The position numbers and the translations under genes were made by a program. From an uncultured Acidobacteriaceae bacterium (lineage in GTDB: Bacteria; Acidobacteriota; Terriglobia; Terriglobales; Acidobacteriaceae), in the NCBI GenBank assembly GCA_963774735.1, contig CAVZGJ010000008.1, positions 45,543 to 109,542 on the forward strand: 64,000 bases of DNA. Direction: 5' to 3'. The stretch's first letter is position 1. Every line of letters starts with the position of its first letter. Shown here piece by piece: positions 10,473 through 20,510 of the stretch. A model generated the notes under the pieces. It had not been told where the DNA came from and did not search any database. It saw only the letters and a program-made list of their open reading frames with translations.

Positions 10473-11961
10473 GTGCCCAGATTCTCTGCGGGCCTTCTCC
10501 TCGCGTTCGCGTCCATCGGATTAACCTCCTGCCATAGCGATAACTATCTCGCCTACAAGTTTCCCCAGTACACCTTCGCCAACCGGCCCGTACCACCCAG
10601 CTTGCTCGCCAACCGAGTCATGATCGCTGTCACGATCAACGGCGCCTCTACCGGCAGCCTCCAGATCGTCGATGCCAAGCGCGACATCCGCAGCAACATA
10701 CAGAACACGAAGACCTCGTTCTCCATCTCTGGCTACGCCTCCGGCTATCCCAATCTGATCCTCAACTTCCCGGCTGAGATCACCGGCTACGTCTACTCCA
10801 ATACCCAGGGAGACATCCAGATCGTCAACTACGGCAAGGAAGCCACCAGCGGATCTGGAGGCACCTTCCCCGCTAAATCCACCGGTCTCGCCGTGCCTCC
10901 AACCTTCGGCCACGTCTACTCCGCCGAAGAGAGCATCGGACAACTCGGCGTAATTGATAACTCCACCGGCCGCACCTTCGGCCTTGTCCTGCCCAATGTC
11001 TTCCAGGTCGTCGTCAACGCCGGAGACAACGTCGTCCTCGCGATGGTCCGCAACTCCAACACCATTTATCGCCTCGTCAAGCTCAACGCCAACCAGTACC
11101 CCACCGCGCCCGTAGCCGACGCAGCTATCGGAGCAGTCGACTGCGAGCCATTCAACTATCCCGTCTACTGCGTCGTCCCGGTCAACACCGGCAGCCACGC
11201 CAACGCCTTCGATCGCCCCACCGGAGCCTACTTCTCCGCCGACGGCACCACGGCCTTCGTCCTCAACTGCGGACCCGAGTGCGGCGGCACCGCCTCCAGC
11301 GTCACCTATCTCCAGCCTGGCACCCTCCAGTTCAACAACATCCCCACCGCTGTGCCCGACGCCTCAGCCTACCTCAACCAGGTCATGGTCCCGGGCGGGG
11401 TCACCAACGCCCTCTCGGACGGAACCACTCTTTACGTATCAGGCCAGCAGCTCCAGCCCGACGGCCTCTTCGCCGGAAACCTCTCCATCATCAGCCTCGC
11501 CACCAACACCCTCACCGGAAAGTACTCCATCTCCGACGGCCACCACTCCAAGATGCTCTTCGGCGACAACAACACCCTCTGGATCGGCTCTCAGTCCTGC
11601 GCCACCGGCGAGCGCGCAGCCCGCGCTGCTCAGGGCATCACCGATCAGACTGCGAACTACAACTGCCTCACTCGCTTCGATCGCGGCGTCACTCATCGCC
11701 TCCATTGTTCCCTTCGTCATCCAGGGCTCCGCCACCGCCGTAGTCCCCTACCCCAACACCAACCAGAACCAGTACTACTACGGCGATCTCACCGGTCTCT
11801 GCTGGGTCCAGGGTTTCAATAAGATGTACACCGCATACGGCGGACAGGTTCACGTCTTCAGCACCGTCGACGGCTCTGAGATCAACAACAAAGACGTCAT
11901 CGTCCAGGGTACCGCCCTAGACGTAGCCTACCTCGACGCCATCACCGACGCCGACAACTAG
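10473..11961 (+). CDS. Hypothetical lipoprotein, beta-rich/propeller-like (apparent frameshift ~11690)
   Basis: Signal peptide with lipobox LTSC. C-ending codon pattern continues in a shifted frame (YYGDLTGLCWVQGFNKMYTAYGGQVH) to TAG at 11961. Confidence 0.65.
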
Positions 11962-12027
11962 GGACTGGGGACCAGACACGCCCCCTCGCGTCGCTGGGTT
12001 ACTCAAATACTTTTGCGCCCCTAAACG

Positions 12028-12147
<120 letters not shown>

Positions 12148-12178
12148 TGATTCACCCTCACCAAACACTTCCGCGCCA

Positions 12179-12901
12179 CTAAATCGACTGCACCGGCACC
12201 ATCATCAAATCCTCCACCAACCCCACTTCCTTCTGCACAAACGGCTCCCCATACCGCACTCCCGCCAGCAACCCATAGTGCCGGGCCTCCGCCAGCGTCC
12301 GCTCGCGAATCTCCTCCTCCGGGACAAACAACCTGCTCCCCTCCGCCTGCGAAGCATACTGTGACCGGTAAGCCAGCAAAGCCCGAAGCCTCTCCTCAAC
12401 ATAAGGCGTAATGTCGATCACAAACGTCGGCCGCACGTCCGCATAAAGACTCGCATAAAGAATCTTGAACGGCCGGTGCGGCAGATTTTGTTCCCCGGGC
12501 GTCTCCACCTTCGCCAGCCCACTCACAAAGCAAGCCTCATACCCCAGCGTCGCCGTCGTGTAGTGGTCAGGATGCCGTCCCTGCCAATACGGAAGAATCA
12601 CCACCCGCGGACGCAGCCGCCGCAGAACCCCCGCAATCTTTAGCCGGTTCTCATACGTGTTCTGCACATTCCCGTCCGGCAGATCCAGCGCCTCGCGATG
12701 CGCTACCTTCAAAATCCGCGCCGCATCATTTGCCTCCTGCTCGCGCTCAGCAGCCGTACCCCGCGTGCCTGATTCGCCCTTCGTCAAATCCAGAATGCCG
12801 GTGCGCCAACCTCGCGCATTCATAGCAAGCAAAGTCCCACCGCAGGTCTGTTCCACATCGTCGCGATGCGCGGCGATCGCAAGAATATCAATCGAGGGCA
12901 T
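12179..12901 (-). CDS. bshB1: Bacillithiol biosynthesis deacetylase BshB1 (PIG-L family)
   Basis: AHxDDVE, DLTKGESGTRGT, HPDH, YRSQ and GEPF motifs. Confidence 0.82.
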   Translation of the reverse strand: MPSIDILAIAAHRDDVEQTCGGTLLAMNARGWRTGILDLTKGESGTRGTAAEREQEANDAARILKVAHREALDLPDGNVQNTYENRLKIAGVLRRLRPRVVILPYWQGRHPDHYTTATLGYEACFVSGLAKVETPGEQNLPHRPFKILYASLYADVRPTFVIDITPYVEERLRALLAYRSQYASQAEGSRLFVPEEEIRERTLAEARHYGLLAGVRYGEPFVQKEVGLVEDLMMVPVQSI

Positions 12902-12990
12902 AAGGCAATGCTAGCAGGGCGGGGATAAGGATACGCAACACTGGCTCTGGGTATCCTGCCATTCGCCGAAATCCTCCAACCTCAAAACCG

Positions 12991-13065
12991 TGTCATCCTG
13001 AGCGGAGCCAATCGCAGTCTCATCGCGAGTGGCGCAGTCGAAGGACCTGCGGTTGCTTTTGCTCT
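12991..13065 (+). repeat. Palindromic REP/RPE-like element
   Basis: TGTCATCCTGAGCGGAGCC...GGCGCAGTCGAAGGACCTGC followed by TTGCTTTTGC. 54/60 identical to the copy at 22507-22566. Confidence 0.85.
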
Positions 13066-13106
13066 TCCAGATAGAAACAAGGGCCGACACAAGCAAGAAC
13101 AATCCC

Positions 13107-14411
13107 CTACTTCCCCAACCCAGCCAACCGCTCTTTGTTAATCTTCAAAACCACCCCCGCATTCCGATCCGCCACCTCACTCACGTGATACTCCGCAGCC
13201 GTCCCCATCACCTGCGCAATCTCCGATGGCGTCAGCTTGTAATCCTCCGCCAGCCATGTTGCCATATCGTTCGTAGCCTCTTTGAAAGCGCCATCGATAG
13301 ACCCGTCCAGCCCCATCGCAATGATCTCCGTCGCATTCTCAACCCGCGGAAACCCAATCCGCTTATTCGGAATCACATCCACCGTCAGCTCCACATCCAT
13401 CGAAGTCTCCAGCGCATTGCCATTCAACTCCCCATCTCCCTGCGCCGCATGACCATCGCCAAAATAAAGCAGCGCCCCCGGATTCGACACCCGCAGATAC
13501 GCCGTCGCGCCCTCCACAACGCCATTGAAGTCCATATTCCCGCCATAGCCTCCCGAATCCCCGCTCCCAGGAGGCGCATTGCTCACACCCGGCGCAGCCG
13601 CGATACACCCCAGCATGGGCTTCAGCGGAATCGTATAATTCTTCAAATGCTCCGCAGGCTTCTCTGGCGTAGCCGTACCCGCCGCGCGATCAAGATGCCA
13701 CCGAATTCCCGTACCGTTATCCTTCATCTTCACCGCAAGACTGCTGTTCATCGCTCGCTCATCCAGCCCGTCATCGCTCCCCGCCCAGTCGCGATTCAGC
13801 GTGAGCTTCTTGATATGCACCACCAGCACATCTCCAGGCATCGCGCCCGTCACGTAAAACGGCCCCGTCTCCGGATTTCCCCCTAGCGACCGCTTCACCC
13901 CATTGAAGTCGGTGCCGCCCGCATCCACCGTCGTCGTATGGATCGTATCCCCCGGATTGATCGTCAACACCGGCTTATTGAGAGCAGAAAACTGCCGGTA
14001 GTAAACCGTCGGCGTAAACTCATGCCGCCGCGGCGCAGGATGCTCAAGCGCAGGAGCGAGCATCGCCGTCACCTTCAAAATAACCGGGTGAGCCTTGTTG
14101 TCGACGTCCGTCTCCGTGTCCGTCGCCTGCAGCTTCCCATCGCTCACGCTGCCGACGAGCTCCTCCGTATTCCCGTGTTCATCCTTCGCTGACAAGCGAA
14201 ATGCTCCGTCATGAACCGTCCCCTCCATCTTGTATCCCCGATAGGTGCCGGTCAGCTTTTCGCCATCCTGCTCCAGATTCAGCCGAAAATAAGCCGGCGT
14301 CCCAAGGTAATCCGTCGAAACAACCCAATGCCCGGCAACCGAAGATGTTTGCGCGACCGCACTCAGCGGCGCAAGAGCCAGCAGACAGATGACGAGCTTA
14401 GTCCAATTCAT
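13107..14411 (-). CDS. Secreted acetamidase/formamidase family protein
   Basis: Signal peptide. PVLTINPGD, TGPFYVxGAxPGD, GGNMD and GDGHAAQGDGE motifs. Confidence 0.85.
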   Translation of the reverse strand: MNWTKLVICLLALAPLSAVAQTSSVAGHWVVSTDYLGTPAYFRLNLEQDGEKLTGTYRGYKMEGTVHDGAFRLSAKDEHGNTEELVGSVSDGKLQATDTETDVDNKAHPVILKVTAMLAPALEHPAPRRHEFTPTVYYRQFSALNKPVLTINPGDTIHTTTVDAGGTDFNGVKRSLGGNPETGPFYVTGAMPGDVLVVHIKKLTLNRDWAGSDDGLDERAMNSSLAVKMKDNGTGIRWHLDRAAGTATPEKPAEHLKNYTIPLKPMLGCIAAAPGVSNAPPGSGDSGGYGGNMDFNGVVEGATAYLRVSNPGALLYFGDGHAAQGDGELNGNALETSMDVELTVDVIPNKRIGFPRVENATEIIAMGLDGSIDGAFKEATNDMATWLAEDYKLTPSEIAQVMGTAAEYHVSEVADRNAGVVLKINKERLAGLGK

Positions 14412-14490
14412 ACGGTTTCTCCTGAAAGTGATGTTACTTCGACAACCGCATCTCCCCGATGGTTAGGCTGCCACGCGCTTTGTTTTTCTA

Positions 14491-14830
14491 GTTGTCCCTC
14501 GCCGAAGGCGGAGGATCTGCTTTTCCTTTTGCTTTTGCTTTTGCTTTTGCTTTTGCCTCAAAAAATCAAGAGCAAACAAAACTCTGTCATCCTGACCCTG
14601 AGCTTAGTCGAACGGGAGCTCGCGCTTTTCGAGCAGCGCAGTCGAAGGACCTGCGGTTGTTCCTGCTTTTGCCTTTGCCTCTAGGTAAGCCAAGCCTTCA
14701 GGCTTGGCCCTCTCAAGCCACGCGCAAAGCGCGTCACCGCTCTACCCTGAGCGCAGTCGAAGGGCCCGGAGCAAAGCCCGAAGGGCGAAGCGACTAATCT
14801 CATTGCCGTTTGCTTCGTTGCCTGTTGTCG
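14491..14830 (+). repeat. Composite cluster of REP/RPE-like elements with (GCTTTT)n tails
   Basis: Partial unit ending GAGGATCTGC plus (GCTTTT)n at 14491-14558. Full unit TGTCATCCTGA..GTCGAAGGACCTGC at 14585-14680. CCCTGAGCGCAGTCGAAGGG core at ~14745-14764. Confidence 0.75.
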
Positions 14831-15440
14831 CCCTCCCCAACAAGCGCCCCCGCACAAACCCCACCACCTCCTCCGTCGCATAAACCGGAGGCCGCATCGC
14901 CAAAACCGGAGTCCCCTCCACCAGCTTCAAAGAAACCCCCTTCCACTCCGGACGTCCCAACTCCCCCTCCGTTACTAAAACAGCATCCGCCCGGTCCAGA
15001 AAGTACTTCGCAGAATCCTTAAAATCCCCCACCCCAGGATCCAGCACACTCAAATACAAATCCGGCCGCAGAAACCTCAAAATACTGTTCGACTCAATCA
15101 CCACATTCTCCGCCGCCGCAATCTCCTTCCGGATCCGCGGCATCGCCACCGCCAGATCCCCCGTCCGCGTCCTCACCCAGAAAGACCGCACCGCTCCCGC
15201 TGCCAGATACCGCCCCGAGTCTGTCGTAGCATCCCCGCCCACTCGCTCCTCACTCACCGCCACCGTATGCTCCGCCGTCTCGCAGTCGCAAGGCTCCCCA
15301 TTCGCCGAACACATCCCATGTCCAAACTGCGTCACCTTGAAAGCCGTCCACCGCATCTCCGGCATAGCCGAAATCAGCCCTGCCACCACGCTCGTCTTCC
15401 CGATATTCCGCGTATGCCCGCCGACCACCACAATCGCCAT
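14742..15440 (-). CDS. Uncharacterised P-loop protein (MobB-like fold)
   Basis: N-terminal VVVGGHTRNIGKT Walker-A-like motif, CSxxxxPCDC motif and VIESNS. The C-terminus runs into the repeat cluster. Confidence 0.65.
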   Translation of the reverse strand: MAIVVVGGHTRNIGKTSVVAGLISAMPEMRWTAFKVTQFGHGMCSANGEPCDCETAEHTVAVSEERVGGDATTDSGRYLAAGAVRSFWVRTRTGDLAVAMPRIRKEIAAAENVVIESNSILRFLRPDLYLSVLDPGVGDFKDSAKYFLDRADAVLVTEGELGRPEWKGVSLKLVEGTPVLAMRPPVYATEEVVGFVRGRLLGRATTGNEANGNEISRFALRALLRALRLRSG

Positions 15441-15505
15441 CACAACACCATCCATCCACCACCCAAAAACCACCGACACTCCACAAAAACACCATAACTT
15501 CACCA

Positions 15506-16449
15506 TCAAATCTGACGCAATCGTCCCTGTTTCAACCGCGCCAGATCCCGCAAATACTCCTTCAAAGGCCGCGCTGGCCGCCCCCAGAATACCTCCCCTT
15601 CCCCGCGCATTTTTTTCCCGCTCAGAACCCCCGCCCCACCCCCCAAAATCACGCCTTTTCCTACAGTTGCATGTTCCCCAATCCCCACCTGCCCCCCCAG
15701 AATCGCTCCATCCTCCACCACACTCGACCCCGAAATCCCCGTCTGCGCCGCAATCACCACATTCTTCCCAATCAGGCAGTTATGCCCAATATGCACCAGA
15801 TTATCGATCTTCGTCCCCCGCCCAACTCGCGTCTCCCCAAGAGCCCCCCGGTCAATCGTAGTATTCGCCCCAATCTCCACATCATCTTCAACAATCAGCC
15901 GCCCCTGCTGCGGAAAAATCAAATACTCCCCCGTCTCCCGATTCCGCGCATACCCAAACCCCGTCGCTCCCAAAACCGCTCCCGCCTGCACCACCACCCG
16001 ATCCCCAATCACCGTCCCGCTATGAACCACCACCCGCGCCATCAGGTTGCAATCCCCCCCACCACCACACCATCCTCCAGAACCACCCCCGGCCCTATCC
16101 TTGTCCCCACCCCAACTGTCACCCCCGCACCAATCACCGCCGAAGCATGCACCCCCGCCTCGAACCCTCGCCCCTTCAGTCTCTTCCCCACGACCGAAAA
16201 TGCATATCGCGCATCCTCCACCCAAAACACCCGCGGATCCAGCGGCAACTTCGAATCCTCCAGGCTCCGATTCGCCAGAATCACCCCTGCCTTCGACTCC
16301 AGTGCCCGCCTCAACGTCTCCTTATCCGTCGCAAAGACGACTGAGCCTAGACCGGCCGCCTCGATACTCGCAACCTCGCTAATCTCTCCGTCCATCAGCG
16401 GAGCACTCACCCCAATCCAATCGGCAACCTTACCTGTCTTCACCATCAA
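15506..16449 (-). CDS. lpxD: UDP-3-O-acylglucosamine N-acyltransferase LpxD (apparent frameshift in G-run ~16055)
   Basis: Hexapeptide repeats, GFGY, VEIGANTTIDRG and KIDNLVHIGHN split over ORFs 16042-16449 and 15506-16225. Confidence 0.88.
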
Positions 16450-17402
16450 TAAATCCCCTCTTCACCCGCTGGCCGCGTCTTCCATCGTCGATGCAACCAC
16501 AGCCACTGCTCCGGATACCGCCGAATATACCCCTCAATCGCCGCCGTAAACGTCGCAGTATTTGTAACCGCGTCCCGCTCGGCATCTCCAGTATGGACGA
16601 CCTCGAGTTCCTCGCCAAAGTGCAGCACATACTTTCCCTCACCCCCCTCCCACAGCAGAAACCCCGGCACCACCGCCGCTCCTGTCTTCGCCGCGATCCG
16701 CGCCATCCCCGAGGCCGTGCACGCCTCCACTCCAAAAAACGGCACAAACACGCCCTGCGGCGGAGTCATATTCGTGTCCATCAGAATCCCCACCGTCTCA
16801 CCCGCCCGCATCGACGAGATCAACCCCCGGGCAAAATCATCCTTATGAATGACCCGATTCCCATGAAGACACCGCACATGATTCACAAACGCATCCACCA
16901 GCGGATTATCCAGCCGTCGGATCACCATCCCCATCGGCATCCCCATCAGCGAGTGGTAAAAACTTGAGAGCTCCCAAGCCCCCAGATGCCCCGTCAGCAC
17001 CAGAACACCCTTCCCCCGCTCTCGCGCCGCCAGAAAATTCTCCAACCCTTCATAGCGAATAAACCGGCTCGCCGACTCCGCCGTGTACCCCGGCATCTTG
17101 CAGAACTCTGCCAGCAGATACCCAAGATTCCTGTACTCCGATCGCAGAATCCTCTCCCGTTCCTCCACCGTCTTGTCGGGAAATGCCAGCTCAAGATTCC
17201 GCAACCCCACCTCTCGCAGCCGGCTCAGACCATGAAACGCAACCGCTCCAATTCCAGCGCCCGCCGCCCGCGCCAATCTTCGTGGCAGAAGCCGCAAACC
17301 ATGAACAAACACCCACACAGCGGCAAACTCCATCGTCTCCCGCAAACTCACATCGTTCGCAGGCATATCTTCGGGCAAGGCTCTCTGGGCATCGGCACTC
17401 AA
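16446..17402 (-). CDS. lpxL: Lipid A lauroyl/lysophospholipid acyltransferase (LpxL/HtrB family)
   Basis: GHLGAWE, VPFFG and PEQWLWLHRRWK motifs. Confidence 0.82.
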   Translation of the reverse strand: MSADAQRALPEDMPANDVSLRETMEFAAVWVFVHGLRLLPRRLARAAGAGIGAVAFHGLSRLREVGLRNLELAFPDKTVEERERILRSEYRNLGYLLAEFCKMPGYTAESASRFIRYEGLENFLAARERGKGVLVLTGHLGAWELSSFYHSLMGMPMGMVIRRLDNPLVDAFVNHVRCLHGNRVIHKDDFARGLISSMRAGETVGILMDTNMTPPQGVFVPFFGVEACTASGMARIAAKTGAAVVPGFLLWEGGEGKYVLHFGEELEVVHTGDAERDAVTNTATFTAAIEGYIRRYPEQWLWLHRRWKTRPAGEEGIY

Positions 17403-17440
17403 ACCATTAGTCTACCCACTCCATCCCTCGAGCTCCTCAA

Positions 17441-17471
17441 AACAAAAGGGGTGGCTCTGATGAGCCACCCC
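17441..17471 (-). terminator. Rho-independent terminator of the SYLF gene
   Basis: Perfect 10-bp stem GGGGTGGCTC/GAGCCACCCC (17448-17471) followed on the minus strand by TTTTGTTTT. Confidence 0.85.
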
Positions 17472-17490
17472 TGAAACTGCCGTCGTCAAT

Positions 17491-18196
17491 CTACTGGTTC
17501 TTCGCGACTATAAAATACTTCGCAACCGTGCGCACAAAAGGTCGCGCCTCCTGCGGAGTCGCCTCTTTGCCGCTTAGAACCGTTTCGAACGGAATCGACG
17601 ACCCGTAAAGAGCAGCCGTTGCATCATGATTCTGCGACAACACCGTTCCATCCAGGTCAATGCCGGCAAACAGGCCCTTGCTGCGCGAATAACTCAGAAA
17701 CTCCGCGTTCATCTTCCAGTCCGTGCCTGCCTGCGCATTGCGCCCAACCGGACCGGCAGAGGCCGCAGCGTCAGCGCCCAGCTTCACTTTGTTCTTCAGC
17801 ATGGACTGCAGGCCTTTCTGGTTCATGGCAACCAGCACCAGATCGGTCGCCTGACCGCCCGCCTGAAATCCAAAGCTGCCGCCCGTCAGTTCCACGCAAA
17901 CCGGAGCGCTCCACTTCCCGCTCTCCGTTCGGCAGGTCGCCACACCCTGCCCATACTGTGCGCCAACGACGAATGCGCCCTTCTTGTAGCTGGGAATCAC
18001 AACCACGCACGACGCGCCCAGCCAGAATCCCGCCCGGAATCGACTTGTCCGGCGTCGCCATAATCTCGTTCAGAACCTCGCTTGACGCATTCAACCGATC
18101 CGCAACCTTCGTCTTATCGTCGTCGGCTGCACGAGCTGTCAAAGAACCGGCCACCATGGCCAAACCGCATAAAACTACTGAGACCCGTTTAATCAT
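17491..18196 (-). CDS. Lipid-binding SYLF (Ysc84) domain protein (apparent frameshift ~18015)
   Basis: Signal peptide, PDKSIP, GAQYGQG, WSAP, GGSFGFQAG and YSRSKGLFAG motifs across two frames. Confidence 0.85.
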
Positions 18197-18335
18197 TTTC
18201 TGTCTACCTTTCGCAAACACAGTCTGGCCCGGAGGCCCAAAACATGCCTATTTCCAACAATATATGTGATGGGAAAGTGGCAGTGAAGGTTGTCCGCTCC
18301 CGACCAGCTTACACCCGCTACGCGCCGCCAATCTC

Positions 18336-18450
18336 AAAAAAATGGGGGTTGCGGAGATAGCGCCGGGATAACCCGACACTCTCTCTACAACCCCTCTCCC
18401 AGGTCTGTGTTGCTCCCTTCAATGTGCACCACTCTCTCACTCTGTTCAAC
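18336..18450 (-). ncRNA. Candidate small RNA / long terminal hairpin
   Basis: Minus-strand ~23-bp stem GGGGTTGTAGAGAGAGTGTCGGG-TTAT-CCCGGCGCTATCTCCGCAACCCC with G-U wobbles, followed by a U-tract, in an ORF-free 480-bp gap. Confidence 0.4.
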
Positions 18451-18675
18451 GGTACGAAGGTAGGTAGACCTTTGAGCAATTCCTGTTAACCACTCCGTTA
18501 CTGTGACTTCTAACAGGCTTACTCCCCACAACTAACTCAAAATAAATAAGTTATAGCAACAGAAATAGGCAGCGAAGGGCTGAAGCAATGGATCCTGCGC
18601 CTCCACTCAAGTTCTCCGACTCATTTTTTGCTGTCAAAATCTATTTTTCATGGGTGCTTCTCGAATGCCCCCATC

Positions 18676-19363
18676 CTACTTCGGCACCAAACCTCGGTTC
18701 ACCGCCTGCACCGACAGCGCAATTCGGTTCGTTACCCCTGCCTTCCGCATCAACGTCCCCACATGCTTCTTCACCGTCGCAACATCGATCCCCAATTCGT
18801 CCGCAATGACGCGGTTCGGATGCCCGTCCACGAGCAGCCTCAGCACCTGCACCTCGCGCTCCGTGAACCTCGGCTCGTTCGCAACCGCCTCCCGGCGCTC
18901 CTCCAACGACGACAGATCCACAAGGTTAGCCATCACCTTGCGTGGAGCCCACACCGAGCCGTCCTCCACAATCTCAATCGCCATCCGCACCTCGCTCCCC
19001 TTCGCTGTATGCGCCAGGTACCCCTTCGCACCCGGCCCCGATAACCCGCTGGATGTACTCGTGGCTCTCCTCCAGCCCCAGCACAATCAGCCGCAGGTGC
19101 GGTCGCGTCCGCCGAAACGTAGCCAGCAGCTCAAAGATATGTTCCGTGCACGCCGCATCGATCAGGATCAGCGATACACCCGAAGCGTCCAGTGCTCCCG
19201 GCACAGAGAGCAGCACAATCTCTACCGCCCGCGAGCCTTCGCAGCCTTCGGCCCCCATCTCGGCCCCCTCTTGGGCAAAGATCGTCTGCAGGCCAAGAAT
19301 CCGCAACGGATCCGTAGCCACCAATCCCAGCCTGAGAGGTCCCCCAGTCTTCCGGTCGTTCAT
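18676..19363 (-). CDS. NarL/LuxR family response regulator, atypical receiver (apparent frameshift ~19035)
   Basis: GAKGYL, then FTEREVQVLRLLVDGHPNRVIADELGIDVATVKKH LuxR HTH. Receiver-like N-terminus in the adjacent frame. Confidence 0.8.
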
Positions 19364-19442
19364 CGCCTTCGCAGCCTCTTTACTCAGCGTGGTGCAATAG
19401 TAGGCCGACTTCAGCGTTCTTGGGGGTCGCAACCCCACCGCC

Positions 19443-19997
19443 TTACAGCTTCGGCAAAACAATTCCCTGTTGATTCTGATACTTTCCCTTGCGGTCTGCG
19501 TAGCTTACCTCGCAGACCTCGTCAGACTGGAAAAACAGAATCTGGCACAATCCTTCATTCGCATAAATCTTCGCCGGTAGCGGAGTCGTATTCGAAATCT
19601 CAAGCGTCACAAACCCCTCCCACTCCGGCTCAAACGGTGTCACGTTCACAATAATGCCGCACCGCGCATAGGTCGACTTGCCCACACAGATCGTCAGCAC
19701 ATCCCTCGGAATCTTGAAGTACTCAATCGACCGGGCCAGCGCAAACGAGTTCGGCGGAACAATCACACTAGGCGCCTGAACCGACACAAACGACCTCTCG
19801 TCGAACCCCTTCGGGTCAATAATGGCGCTGTTCACATTGGTAAAGATCTTAAATTCGTCGGAAACCCGCAAATCGTACCCGTACGACGAAAGCCCGTAGG
19901 AGATAACCCCCTCCCGAACCTGTTTTTCACTAAACGGCGAAATCATCCCGTGCTCGATCGCCTGCTGGCGGATCCAACGGTCACTCTTGATAGCCAC
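19443..19997 (-). CDS. dcd: dCTP deaminase
   Basis: [25 protein letters not shown] and KYQNQ motifs. Confidence 0.95.
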   Translation of the reverse strand: MAIKSDRWIRQQAIEHGMISPFSEKQVREGVISYGLSSYGYDLRVSDEFKIFTNVNSAIIDPKGFDERSFVSVQAPSVIVPPNSFALARSIEYFKIPRDVLTICVGKSTYARCGIIVNVTPFEPEWEGFVTLEISNTTPLPAKIYANEGLCQILFFQSDEVCEVSYADRKGKYQNQQGIVLPKL

Positions 19998-20127
19998 TCT
20001 GGTCTGCTTCCCTTCCTTTTTTTAATTCCTATCTTCTAATTTTGACAGAAGGGTGTAAATTTAAGTGCGGCCGTAAGCCGAACTCCTTGCGTCATTAGAT
20101 TCTTCATCTTACGGTAGTGTTCAGGCG

Positions 20128-20156
20128 TTGACAATCTTGCCTCTTGTTTCTAACAT
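20128..20156 (+). promoter_or_regulatory. Sigma-70 promoter for the HU/IHF gene
   Basis: TTGACA (20128-20133), 17-bp spacer, TAACAT (20151-20156). Confidence 0.7.
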
Positions 20157-20218
20157 CACGTTACTAAACCCGGTCAGTACTATTTTCTAAAATTTACAGC
20201 CCAAGGACGGCGGCCCAG

Positions 20219-20488
20219 ATGATTAAGCAGGATCTTATACAGAGGGTTGTTGAGCGTACCGGCCTGCCACGCATCAAAGCAGAGTCAGCCGTGGACGCTA
20301 TCTTCGACAGCATGAAACAAACCCTCATCGCAGGCGACCGCATAGAGTTGCGTGGCTTCGGTGTCTTTACCGTCAAGCCCCGTAAAACCGGCATCGGCCG
20401 CAATCCAAGAACAGGCGCCGAAGTCACCATTGCCCCCGGCAAAGCCGTCCGCTTCAAACCCGGCAAAGAACTTCACCTGCTCGACTAA
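20219..20488 (+). CDS. HU/IHF family DNA-binding protein
   Basis: IELRGFGVF, GRNPRTG and FKPGKEL motifs. Confidence 0.93.
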   Translation: MIKQDLIQRVVERTGLPRIKAESAVDAIFDSMKQTLIAGDRIELRGFGVFTVKPRKTGIGRNPRTGAEVTIAPGKAVRFKPGKELHLLD

Positions 20489-20510
20489 CCAGCTCGACCG
20501 CCGGCTTCGC

